A DNA stretch of 64,000 nucleotides from an uncultured Methylomirabilota bacterium (GTDB taxonomy: Bacteria > Methylomirabilota > Methylomirabilia > Methylomirabilales > 2-02-FULL-66-22): the NCBI GenBank assembly GCA_963845565.1, contig CAWJSJ010000002.1, positions 1,824,001 to 1,888,000 of the forward strand, in the 5' to 3' direction. The translations under genes were made by a program, and so were the position numbers. Shown here one piece after another: positions 1 through 8,615 of this stretch; positions within the stretch are counted from its first letter, which is position 1, and the number at the start of each line of letters is the position of its first letter. The notes below the pieces were generated by a model. The model was not told the origin of the DNA, searched no databases, and saw only the letters and a program-made list of their open reading frames with translations.

Positions 1-83
1 ACTCGCGGCCCAACCGGTCACCGTTCCTGATAGAGAGCCCACGCCCTTCTTCGCCAGTTGTCTACCCCATACCAGGAGGCGTT

Positions 84-254
84 ATGGCGGCCTCCCGGCT
101 CAGAACGGCACTGGCACTCTCCGTGACGCTCGCCGTCCGTCTCGACCTTATGCCAAACGGGAACAAGACCATGATCGTCAACCAGGGATTCCAGGAGTCC
201 AAGCCGAAGTTCGAGACTGACCCAAGTGGAGTAGTTATCCGCTGGACCTTTTAG
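84..254 (+). pseudogene. Short ORF (56 aa), probably an internally deleted exported protein
   Basis: AGGAGG RBS precedes ATG84; signal-like start MAASRLRTALALSVTLAV then ...FETDPSGVVIRWTF*; below the ORF-track size cutoff. Confidence 0.35.
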
Positions 255-444
255 GCATCGGGGGTGGTGGAGACGTACGCACGTCCCTATGGGCCGGCCC
301 GATCGCATATGCACAGTCTACGAGGCCAGCGCTGGAGGAGTGTACGGATCGGGAACCCGTTACGGCAGTGCGCGGAACGAGATGGAGCGTGCGCTCCGGT
401 TTCTCAGCCAGGGCGTGAAGCGGGATAGGGGGAGGGTCGAGTGC

Positions 445-522
445 CGGGACGATTCGAGCAACATGCAGTGGCTGCCCAAGGCGCAGCATCAGGACAAGAC
501 GAAGCGGGATCTGCGGCCATAG
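445..522 (+). pseudogene. 3' remnant of small HNH-type nuclease gene, copy 1
   Basis: Encodes RDDSSNMQWLPKAQHQDKTKRDLRP*, matching the GG.D..SNMQWL...H..K tail of small HNH proteins; 62/78 nt identical to 2813-2890. Confidence 0.55.
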
Positions 523-601
523 GGGTGCGGGGTCTGCAAAGAAACGAGGTGCGGGGGGGGTAGGCACACAGGTCGCCACCGAACGGTCAGGAGGGCCTCA
601 T

Positions 602-1198
602 ATGCGCAAGACCATCGAGACAGCGTTTCTGTATGCGCTTCTGGCCGTGCTCGCTGCATGTGCGGGAAGAGACTTCGTCCGCCCAAGCCCCGAGGCCTTT
701 AAATTGGGCCAAACCACCTACGCGCAAGTCGTGCAGCAACTGGGCGAGCCCCAAACGACCGGCGAGGGGCTCGTGAACGGCAAGCCCGTAAAGGCCATTG
801 CCTATCTGTACGTCCGTGCGGGGCGGGGCGTGTTGGACGACCACGTTAGTCCCGGACGGGCCTTGACGTGCTACTTCCACAATGACACGTTGGTCGGCCA
901 AAAGTACCTCTCTTCGTTTCCCGCCGACAGCACGAATTTTGACGAGACAAAGATTAGTGCCATCGTAAAAGGCCGCACCACCCGCGCAGAAGTCATCCGA
1001 TTGTTGGGGACGCCGTCGGCCTCGTATATTCCCCCGATGGTGCCGGAAACCGCGGTGGAAGCGATTGGATATACGTACACCGTCACCCGCGACCGCTTGT
1101 TTCGTGGTCCTGCGTCTTCCACAAAACTCCTGCGCCTTACGTTCGATGACAAGGGCCAGGTCGTAGAGATTGACTACACGTCGTCCGGTAATAGGTAG
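602..1198 (+). CDS. Lipoprotein with two BamE/SmpA-like repeats
   Basis: Lipobox LAAC; two repeats LGQTTYAQVVQQLGEP / KGRTTRAEVIRLLGTP and a C-terminal LTFDDKGQV; GGAGG RBS. Confidence 0.75.
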   Translation: MRKTIETAFLYALLAVLAACAGRDFVRPSPEAFKLGQTTYAQVVQQLGEPQTTGEGLVNGKPVKAIAYLYVRAGRGVLDDHVSPGRALTCYFHNDTLVGQKYLSSFPADSTNFDETKISAIVKGRTTRAEVIRLLGTPSASYIPPMVPETAVEAIGYTYTVTRDRLFRGPASSTKLLRLTFDDKGQVVEIDYTSSGNR

Positions 1199-1212
1199 CC
1201 CTGTGGAGGCGC

Positions 1213-1524
1213 ATGATGCTTTCCCCCTTCGGCACCCTCCTCTCCCAAGACCTCCAAGATCGTGGCCGTCACATCCTCGACACCCTCCAGGGCCTGCCCG
1301 TGGAGCAGCAACTCGACCTGGCCTGCCGCACCATCCTGGCCGTCCTCCTCACGTTCCAGCCAGGCCCGTCAGCCACCAAGGCGAAGCGCGACACCTTCAA
1401 GCTGATCTGCGACGGGGTGCAGGTCTGGCTGAAGGATGAGATTGCGGAGATGCGGCGGACGCAGCCACTATCCAAGAAGACGACACCGACGACGAAGCCC
1501 CGACAGCGAGTGGGCCATGCGTAA
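1213..1524 (+). CDS. Hypothetical protein
   Basis: GGAGG RBS, GC3-rich codon use, 103 aa. Confidence 0.6.
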   Translation: MMLSPFGTLLSQDLQDRGRHILDTLQGLPVEQQLDLACRTILAVLLTFQPGPSATKAKRDTFKLICDGVQVWLKDEIAEMRRTQPLSKKTTPTTKPRQRVGHA

Positions 1525-1684
1525 GACAGTGCGCGTGCTCACGGTGAGCCCCGACCACGAACCCCTGTGGGTCCGTCTCTCCGTCCAGCCGGTTGGAGGA
1601 CGGTGGGCCGCCACGCTCATCTGGGCCGGTCAGCGGCGCCTTCCCCTGGTGCACTGGGGGACCTTTGGAGAAGGGGTGTCCTAG
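1517..1684 (+). pseudogene. Small hypothetical protein, likely truncated
   Basis: ATG overlaps the upstream stop region (translational coupling); MRKTVRVLTVSPDHEPLWVRLSVQPVGGRWAA then appears to lose coding character. Confidence 0.4.
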
Positions 1685-1987
1685 AACAACGTCGGCCAAC
1701 ACTCATTGTCACGGTGGGGGATGGCGTCACGGGCGACCAGAAGGCGGGAGATGCATTTATCGGGCATCGGCGATACGCGACGCCCCGAACTCTGCTGATG
1801 GGGCGTGCCCGCCAACTTCTCTCATCTAACATTCGACCTGTCGAGACGCCAAGACGGATGCGTAAACCCAGGTGCCTACGCCACGCTGCACTTGTACGGC
1901 TAAGTTCTTGAAAACTGGGCCACCCGACTCTGGCCTGCTGGCTGCATCACCGGAGAGACAGCCGGATAGGCGGAAAAGGAGGCTCTC

Positions 1988-2239
1988 ATGCGAACCATCG
2001 TGATGTTGCTGATCGCGGCTCTCGTCCTGACCCCGACCCTGGCCCATGCCACAGGAGGGTCCGGGGGCGGGTACGGGCTCCTGGGCGTCGTGGCCCTCCC
2101 GGTGCTGGTGATCCTGCTCCTGGTCGAGCTCGAAAAGAAATACCCGAACTGGAGGGGCGCAGAGACACCGCCTCCGCTGCCGAGTCTGCCGTCCGAATCG
2201 CAGCCCTCGACCGCCCCGGCCCCGGCGAGTGGCCGTTAA
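1988..2239 (+). CDS. Small secreted/membrane protein
   Basis: AAGGAGG RBS; signal peptide ending AHA, second hydrophobic segment, Pro-rich tail. Confidence 0.6.
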   Translation: MRTIVMLLIAALVLTPTLAHATGGSGGGYGLLGVVALPVLVILLLVELEKKYPNWRGAETPPPLPSLPSESQPSTAPAPASGR

Positions 2240-2305
2240 GCCGTTGTCAAAGAATCAAGTTGGAGCGGAGACATTCCGAAACGGCATAAGGAGCCGTAAC
2301 GAAAT
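2237..2305 (+). mobile_element. Bipartite miniature inverted-repeat element, truncated copy
   Basis: taagccgttgtcaaagaat...gaaacggcataaggagccgtaacgaaat matches 23701-23804 and 25873-25976; right arm missing. Confidence 0.7.
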
Positions 2306-2324
2306 AGAAAGAGTGGAGGGGGCG

Positions 2325-2708
2325 ATGCTCACGAAGCGCCTGACCGCCTTGGCGATCGGCCTGCTGGTCACCAACTGTGCGCCAATGCCTGGGGGCGAAA
2401 CGGCCAGCGCGATCGTGCGCCCGGCGGTCACGGCCGGGGTCGCGCACACCTTTGCGGTCCTATCGGATGGCACGGCCACATGTTGGGGGCTCGGGTTCGG
2501 CACCCCAAAGGCTTGGAATTCCCCGGCGCCGCTCCCCTTCAAGGGAGTGTCGAAAGCCACGGCTGTCACCACCGGGCGGAATCACTCGTGCGCCCTGCTG
2601 AGCGACGGTACGGTGGTCTGCTGGGGATCGAACATTTTCGGCATGCTTGGGAACCAGAGTTTCAGCGGCACAGCCTCCTACGTCCCGGTGGAGGTCGTCG
2701 GGCTCTAG
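2325..2708 (+). CDS. RCC1/BLIP-II repeat lipoprotein, only about 2 repeats (probably truncated)
   Basis: Lipobox-like LVTNC; HTFAVLSDGTATCWG and HSCALLSDGTVVCWGSN.FG.LG repeats. Confidence 0.7.
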   Translation: MLTKRLTALAIGLLVTNCAPMPGGETASAIVRPAVTAGVAHTFAVLSDGTATCWGLGFGTPKAWNSPAPLPFKGVSKATAVTTGRNHSCALLSDGTVVCWGSNIFGMLGNQSFSGTASYVPVEVVGL

Positions 2709-2711
2709 CTC

Positions 2712-2890
2712 CGCGCCGCACTGGGCGCTCCGGCGGACCGGCCAAACGCGGCGCCTTGAAGGACTACGTTGCGAGCACTTGGAAATGCCGTGGGCCCCCG
2801 AGCAAGGGCGGGCGGGATGAGCCGAGCAACAGGCAGGGGTTGTCGCGGGAACAGCATCGGGACAAGACGAAGCGGGACCTTCGGCCATCG
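2712..2890 (+). pseudogene. Remnant of small HNH-type nuclease gene, copy 2
   Basis: Reads PRRTGRSGG..GALKDYV....PPSKGGRDEPSNRQGLSREQHRDKTKRDLRP; DH motif lost and stop TAG mutated to TCG. Confidence 0.55.
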
Positions 2891-2978
2891 GGGCATGGAG
2901 GCCGTAAAGGGGAAGGGCGTTGTGGCAGGGCCTTCGCTGGTCACGCGCCGGAAATAGACGCGCCGTTTGGGAAACAGG

Positions 2979-3824
2979 ATGCGCGACACCGTGTATGCGC
3001 AGTGCGGCACGGCACAAAGGAGATCGCCATGGCACACGCGGCGCCTCGGACTGATCACCCTCATGTTGCTGGTGTGCGCGGGACTCCCGGCCTGTGGCAC
3101 GACTGGAAAGACATCAACCTTTGTCCTCACGTTGGACCTGCCCAAGGGGCAGACGGCCGGCGCCGACATTCGTATCGCATCCGCAGCCGTGGATGCAAAC
3201 GTGGCCCAGTTCAAAGCGGTGAACGTCCGACCGTGGGGCAAGTTCGGGACCGATGACTTGAGGAATCTCGAACAGTCTCTGCGCGGCACGATAACGGCAC
3301 AGCGTCCAGCAACATTCCGCCCCACCGAATCCCGGTTGGATATTCACTTCGTGATTCGACGCTATTTTGTCAGCGTGAGCAATACGGGCGGCGCGGTGCT
3401 GGTGTGCGTGGTCTGGGCCGCAACCGAGTCGCAAGGGAAACTGGTTTACCAAGAGCAATTCTATGCATCCGAGGCAGTGTACTTTATCGGCACCATCGGA
3501 CTGCTGAAGGACTCCGTCCACAAAGCCATTATTCGCAGAATCGCGACAACTTCACTGGCTTTAGCCTCCGACCCGGCGGCTGCGAGCACGCGGCCGACAA
3601 CATTCGAAAATACCTCCACCTCTTTTGAGGAGGCCGCCGCACGCCTTCCGAAGACCATGGTGTCGATGGGCGATCCTTGGTTGATGGCATCTCCCTTTCC
3701 CGTGGTAACGGCGCTTGGTGCACTGATTCCCTCAGAAATCGCGACCGTGCAGTGGGGTGTGGCGAATCCGTCGGACAATTTCGACTGGCAGGGATATCTG
3801 GAAAAGCTGTACCCGCGCCGATGA
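2979..3824 (+). CDS. Hypothetical lipoprotein
   Basis: Hydrophobic signal ending LPAC; long ORF; start uncertain. Confidence 0.7.
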   Translation: MRDTVYAQCGTAQRRSPWHTRRLGLITLMLLVCAGLPACGTTGKTSTFVLTLDLPKGQTAGADIRIASAAVDANVAQFKAVNVRPWGKFGTDDLRNLEQSLRGTITAQRPATFRPTESRLDIHFVIRRYFVSVSNTGGAVLVCVVWAATESQGKLVYQEQFYASEAVYFIGTIGLLKDSVHKAIIRRIATTSLALASDPAAASTRPTTFENTSTSFEEAAARLPKTMVSMGDPWLMASPFPVVTALGALIPSEIATVQWGVANPSDNFDWQGYLEKLYPRR

Positions 3825-3877
3825 CCTAAGAAAACGGCTGGGTCTCGCATTCCGCATTCCGACACGGAGGCGGCATC

Positions 3878-4498
3878 ATGACTCTTGTGTTGCAGGGCAT
3901 GAGTAAGCATGTGAGGACGGCATGCGCTTGGGGAGCGATCGGCCTGGCCCTTCTCGCGACGGGGTGTACCTACCATGTGGCCCTTGAGACCCCGGAGACG
4001 TACCCGCATCCCTACCGCCTGCCGATGGATGTGGGACTCGTCATGAGCGAGACGGTGCGGAGACAGACCTACGAGTTCCGGGGTCAGGACGCCACGTATG
4101 TCGTCCCGGTCGGGGCCATGACCTGGGCGTACGCGAAGGCGTACCTGTCGGAAGCCTTCCGCAGTTTTCGGGTGCTGCCGTCCGCAGAGGTTGCCCCGCC
4201 GGGCAGTTGGCTCATCCGGATCGACGACGCTATCGGCTATTCGATCGGGTCGGGGTGTTGCGGTGAACTCCACAGCTCGCTCGTGGCTTCCGTGATCGCC
4301 CCGTCCGGCAAAGAGGCGCTGCGCAACGAATACGGGACAGGCGCTCCCACAAGTTTTATCCGCCTCAAAGCCCCCATCATATTCACCTCCTACCCGGTAA
4401 GCTCGGCGATCCGTGCCAGTACCCACGTGGCATTCGCGACCATGTTCCAGAGCCTGGTGGACGACATCCGCGCGAAGTGTCAGGGATGGACGGAGTAG
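3878..4498 (+). CDS. Hypothetical lipoprotein
   Basis: GGAGG RBS; lipobox ATGC. Confidence 0.7.
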   Translation: MTLVLQGMSKHVRTACAWGAIGLALLATGCTYHVALETPETYPHPYRLPMDVGLVMSETVRRQTYEFRGQDATYVVPVGAMTWAYAKAYLSEAFRSFRVLPSAEVAPPGSWLIRIDDAIGYSIGSGCCGELHSSLVASVIAPSGKEALRNEYGTGAPTSFIRLKAPIIFTSYPVSSAIRASTHVAFATMFQSLVDDIRAKCQGWTE

Positions 4499-4725
4499 GC
4501 CGGAGTACCCGCTGGGAGTAACGGTTCTGCAACCTCTACGGGAAGGAAAGGCACCTGCGAAACGGACGCGGCCCCGGAGAGAGCGTGGACGGGGCAAGAC
4601 CCGATCCCGTCGGTCGCGCCAGCGCCATGCGAAGACCGACATTGGCCACGTCTCACCGTGGGCCACGCCTGCCGGACGAGGCTCGTGTGTGCGAGCGGCA
4701 CTCGGCTGTCGGGTCCGTCCTCCGG

Positions 4726-5598
4726 TCAGTCGACGGGTGGTCCGGCCGGGTCCACGCCAAACAGCTCGTCGACGATCCGCGCGGCGAAGGGCGGCGCCAT
4801 GCGGCCGAACTCGTCGCGGAGGGGCTGCCAATCCTCCGCCGCCCAGGTGGCGAGGGCCCCGGCGCCACCCTGCTCCTCCCATTCGCGTGCGTAGAGCTCC
4901 GCACTATCCGTGACGCGGACGAGGCGCGTCCGCACGATCATGAACGCCCGAAACCACGCACCGCCCGTCTCGTCGTCACGCAACCCCCCGCCTACGAGGC
5001 TGACCTCCAGCACGGTGTCCACCGCGTCCGGCGGCGCGGAAGACGCCACCGCGGGGCCCTCAACGCGAGCCTGCGGCCACTCTGCCAGCCAGATCGCCCG
5101 ATGCGCCGTCCGGGACTGGACCGCGCGGAACACTTCCCGCACGAAGGGGTCCGTCAGCGGCTGGTCGCCCAGGACCTGGCGCAGGTGTTCCCTTGTCTGC
5201 TTTTCTGCGGCGGACGCGCCCAGGACCGCCCCGGCGATGCCACCGGTGATGATGCCCGCAGGCACGAGGACGATCCACGACGGCGGGAATGACACGCCTG
5301 CCCCAAGTCCATAGAGGGCACCCATCCCGGCCCCGACGCCCGCGCCCGCCGCCGCACGCGTACCCTTTCCCGGCGACTCTCGTCCCGGCGGCGCTGGGAT
5401 GCTGAGTCTGGTGCCCAGCTCGCCCCCCACGACGCCGATGGTCCCCAGGGTCGCCCGCACCGCCGCAGACGGGGGCGGAGGCGGCGGCGACGCGCAGCCC
5501 GTGTGGACGACCAGGGTGACCGCGAGTAGGAATCGGGGCAAGGGGACGTGCCGATGCTGCGAGGGACAACTCCGACCGGAGCTCGGGCGTGCGTGCAT
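4726..5598 (-). CDS. Hypothetical lipoprotein with glycine-zipper segment
   Basis: FLLAVTLVVHTGC lipobox; GAGVGAGMGA...GGIAGAVLG zipper; start uncertain. Confidence 0.6.
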   Translation of the reverse strand: MHARPSSGRSCPSQHRHVPLPRFLLAVTLVVHTGCASPPPPPPSAAVRATLGTIGVVGGELGTRLSIPAPPGRESPGKGTRAAAGAGVGAGMGALYGLGAGVSFPPSWIVLVPAGIITGGIAGAVLGASAAEKQTREHLRQVLGDQPLTDPFVREVFRAVQSRTAHRAIWLAEWPQARVEGPAVASSAPPDAVDTVLEVSLVGGGLRDDETGGAWFRAFMIVRTRLVRVTDSAELYAREWEEQGGAGALATWAAEDWQPLRDEFGRMAPPFAARIVDELFGVDPAGPPVD

Positions 5599-5940
5599 CA
5601 CACCGTGCGACTCGGAGAGGAGTGACACCGCCATGGGCGCTCCAGAGGTGGGAGGCCACACCGCAACCCAACATAGCAGGACCCGAAGGGGAAACAAAGC
5701 GAAAAGGCAGACTGGGCGGCCAGTACGCGGGCGATCTAGGCATCGGCCGCAGATCGAGTAGAAAGAGCCGGTTTCTTCTTGACACCGCACGACCCCCTAC
5801 GGCATCCTCGACCGACGAAGCGTTGGTATCTTGCGTGGGCGGAGAGGTTTCCGTGCGGCCTTCCTCTGGGTGAGCCTCCGCTTTCAATCTCGTGGGTTGT
5901 CTTTCCATTGGGCATTCCATACCGGAAGGGAGAAGAGGCG

Positions 5941-7191
5941 ATGATGCTCTCGAAGTACAGCATGGGTATCGGGGACCGCTTTGCCCGCCAGGGGCAGGCG
6001 CAGCTTCGGGCGCTGATCGAGGCCAAGGCGCTCGGTGTGGACATCGTGCCGGTCTGGAACAAGTCGAACCGGGAGCACCTGATCGTCCACACGCACCCGG
6101 ACAGCGTCCGGGCCGAGGCGGACGCTGCCGTGAAGGCGCTGGGCTGGAAGGGGCCGTACCACGTGGATGCCGACCACATCGGCCTGAAGACCGTGGACAA
6201 CTTCGTCAAGGGCAGCGACTTCTTCACCCTGGACGTGGCGGACTTCACGGGCCAGCCGGCGCCGGAGGCCGAGGTCCAGGCGTTCGTGGCCCGCTACGGA
6301 AAGTATGCCCCCACGCTGAGGATCCCCGGGATCGATCGGGCGCTGAGCATCTCGACCCAGGACATCGCCGACATCGCGCGGAAGTACCTGCTGGCGGTCA
6401 AGGAGGCCGGCGCCATCTACCGGCACGTCGAGGCGGCCAAGGGAAAGGATACGTTCATCACCGAGGTCTCGATCGACGAGACGGACAAGCCGCAGACCCC
6501 GGTGGAGCTTTTCTTCATCCTGGCGGCCGTGGCGGATCAGAAGATCCCGGCCCAGACGATCGCGCCGAAGTTCACCGGCCGGTTCAACAAGGGGGTGGAT
6601 TACGTCGGCGACGTGGTCCAGTTCGAGAAGGAGTTCAACGAGGACCTGTGCGTGATCGCCTTCGCCATCAAGGAATTCGGCCTGCCGGCGAACCTCAAGC
6701 TCAGCGTCCATTCCGGCAGCGACAAGTTCTCGATCTACGGGCCGATCAACCGCGCCATCCGGAAGCACAACGCCGGGTTGCACCTCAAGACGGCCGGGAC
6801 GACGTGGCTGGAGGAGGTCGCGGGACTCGCGCTGTCGGGCGGGGATGCGCTGAAGATGGCGCAGGAGATCTACGAGAAGGCCTACGGGCGAGCGGACGAG
6901 CTCTGCAAACCCTACGCCGCGGTGATCGACATCGACCGCGCCAAGCTGCCGGATCCGAAGACCGTGCGCGGCTGGTCCGGTGCCCAGCTTGCGGCGGCGT
7001 TGCGGCACGACCAGAAGAACCCGGCGTACAACGTCAGTCTCCGCCAACTGGTGCACGTCGGATTCAAGGTCGCGGCCGAGATGGGGGACACGTATTACCA
7101 GGCGCTGGAGAAGTACGCCGACACGATCGGCCGGCTGGTGACGGAGAACCTGCTGGAGAAGCACGTCAAGCGCGTGTTCCTTCCGGTCTAG
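5941..7191 (+). CDS. uxaE: Tagaturonate/fructuronate epimerase family protein
   Basis: S.GIGDRF, DADH, EVSIDET, KLSVHSGSDKFS, HLKTAGT motifs. Confidence 0.85.
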   Translation: MMLSKYSMGIGDRFARQGQAQLRALIEAKALGVDIVPVWNKSNREHLIVHTHPDSVRAEADAAVKALGWKGPYHVDADHIGLKTVDNFVKGSDFFTLDVADFTGQPAPEAEVQAFVARYGKYAPTLRIPGIDRALSISTQDIADIARKYLLAVKEAGAIYRHVEAAKGKDTFITEVSIDETDKPQTPVELFFILAAVADQKIPAQTIAPKFTGRFNKGVDYVGDVVQFEKEFNEDLCVIAFAIKEFGLPANLKLSVHSGSDKFSIYGPINRAIRKHNAGLHLKTAGTTWLEEVAGLALSGGDALKMAQEIYEKAYGRADELCKPYAAVIDIDRAKLPDPKTVRGWSGAQLAAALRHDQKNPAYNVSLRQLVHVGFKVAAEMGDTYYQALEKYADTIGRLVTENLLEKHVKRVFLPV

Positions 7192-7235
7192 CCCGCATTG
7201 TTCGCGAGCACACCTCGCGAACAATGCGGGCTTAG
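7189..7235. repeat. REP-like palindrome at the uxaE stop
   Basis: gcccgcattgttcgcga-N7-tcgcgaacaatgcgggc perfect stem; related to 7302-7346 and 38464-38510. Confidence 0.8.
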
Positions 7236-7301
7236 TAGGAACCCTTGGGGGCGGCGGTCCGGAATGGATCCGGCGTCGTCGGTGCACGGTGACACCGCAG
7301 G

Positions 7302-7346
7302 TAAGCCCGGATTCTTCACGAATCCTTCGTGAAGAATCCGGGCTAG
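7302..7346. repeat. REP-like palindrome
   Basis: agcccggattcttcacga-N5-tcgtgaagaatccgggct perfect stem. Confidence 0.8.
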
Positions 7347-7376
7347 CGGGTTGACGCGCACCCTGGGTGTTTTTCG

Positions 7377-7409
7377 CGATGTCCCCCGGAGGTGTTCCGG
7401 GGGACATCG
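7377..7409. repeat. Perfect 14-bp hairpin
   Basis: cgatgtcccccgga-ggtgt-tccgggggacatcg. Confidence 0.7.
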
Positions 7410-7511
7410 GTGTCTCACGGGGGTGCGGTGTCACGGGTTGGTTCGCGGTCCGGCTTCGGGTGAAACGAGACGAGGCCGGCGGCAAGGGACATGGGGAGTT
7501 GACGGCCGCCG

Positions 7512-8396
7512 ATGACTGAACTGACTCTGGGCATCCTGGCGGGACTGGGCTGCGGCCTGAACTGGGCCGTGACCAGCCTGCTGGTGCGCACGCTGCTCGG
7601 GCGGCTGACTCCCGTGGGGATCGGCGCGCTGCGCGCCACGGGTGGCGGCGGACTCCTCGTCGGCTTGGCGCTGGTGGCGGGGGAGGGGCCGGCCATGCTT
7701 CACGCGCCGCTCTGGGTCGTCCTCTCGCTTGCCACCGCCATCCTGCTGGCCATGGGGGTCGGGGACACGCTTTTCTTCCGCAGCATGGACAGCCTGGGAG
7801 TGACCCGGGCGCTCACGCTCAGCCTGCTCAATCCCTTGCTCACGACCCTCACGGGAATCGTGCTGTACCAGGAACCGTTGACGCTACTGCGGCTGGCGGG
7901 GATCGGGTTGGTGATCGGCGGGCTGATGCTGATTGTCTCCGGGAAAGAGGAGGTGGGCGCCGCGACCGGCCGCATGCGCCGGCAGGGACTCCGACTCGTC
8001 TTCATCGCGTCGGGCTGCTGGGCCCTGGCCGCCACCATCGTGAAGCCTGCGCTTCGCGAGGTGCCGGTGCTGGCGGGGACCGCACTCCGGATTCCCATCG
8101 CCGCCCTGGTCCTGTGGTCGACCCCCTGGACGCGCGGAACGCTCGCCGCCGTCCGCGAGAGCACCCCGGCGGAGCGGTGGCGGCTCGTCACGCTCTGCTG
8201 CCTGAACGCGCTGGGCTCGATCTTCTTCACGGTCGCGATCCGTTCGGGCGGCGTGGCCATCGGCAATGCCCTGGCGTCCACCTCTCCGCTCTTCGCGATC
8301 CCGCTGGAGATCCTGGTCCTGAAAAAGCGCCCCTCGTCGCGCACCATCGCCGGGGCGATACTGACGGTCGCGGGGATTGCCTGTTTGGGGTTCTGA
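7512..8396 (+). CDS. DMT/EamA family transporter
   Basis: About 10 TM segments in two repeats; GD..FF.S...LG and P..T motifs. Confidence 0.85.
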   Translation: MTELTLGILAGLGCGLNWAVTSLLVRTLLGRLTPVGIGALRATGGGGLLVGLALVAGEGPAMLHAPLWVVLSLATAILLAMGVGDTLFFRSMDSLGVTRALTLSLLNPLLTTLTGIVLYQEPLTLLRLAGIGLVIGGLMLIVSGKEEVGAATGRMRRQGLRLVFIASGCWALAATIVKPALREVPVLAGTALRIPIAALVLWSTPWTRGTLAAVRESTPAERWRLVTLCCLNALGSIFFTVAIRSGGVAIGNALASTSPLFAIPLEILVLKKRPSSRTIAGAILTVAGIACLGF

Positions 8397-8615
8397 CCCC
8401 GTCGAAACCGGCCAAAGCGGCCATTCACATTTCATACTGAGCCCAACCGTTGCAGTTGAGGTTCTCGAGTGGTCAGATCCTTCTTCGCGGTCATCTCCCC
8501 GGTGCTGGGCGAGTGGGACTATTCGTTTCGGTAGAGTTCTCATCAACCCTGGGAGCTTGAACCCCTTGTGCTTCTTGTGCGTTTTGTGGTGAATGGTTTC
8601 GGCTGAGGCAGACAG

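Noticed and set aside
4523..4536. gttctgcaacctc shared with about 38688-38700
   Set aside because: Single 13-mer match with no flanking similarity; plausible by chance.
1..5700. Integron cassette array
   Set aside because: No RYYYAAC...GTTRRRY attC pattern found between genes and no intI in the window.
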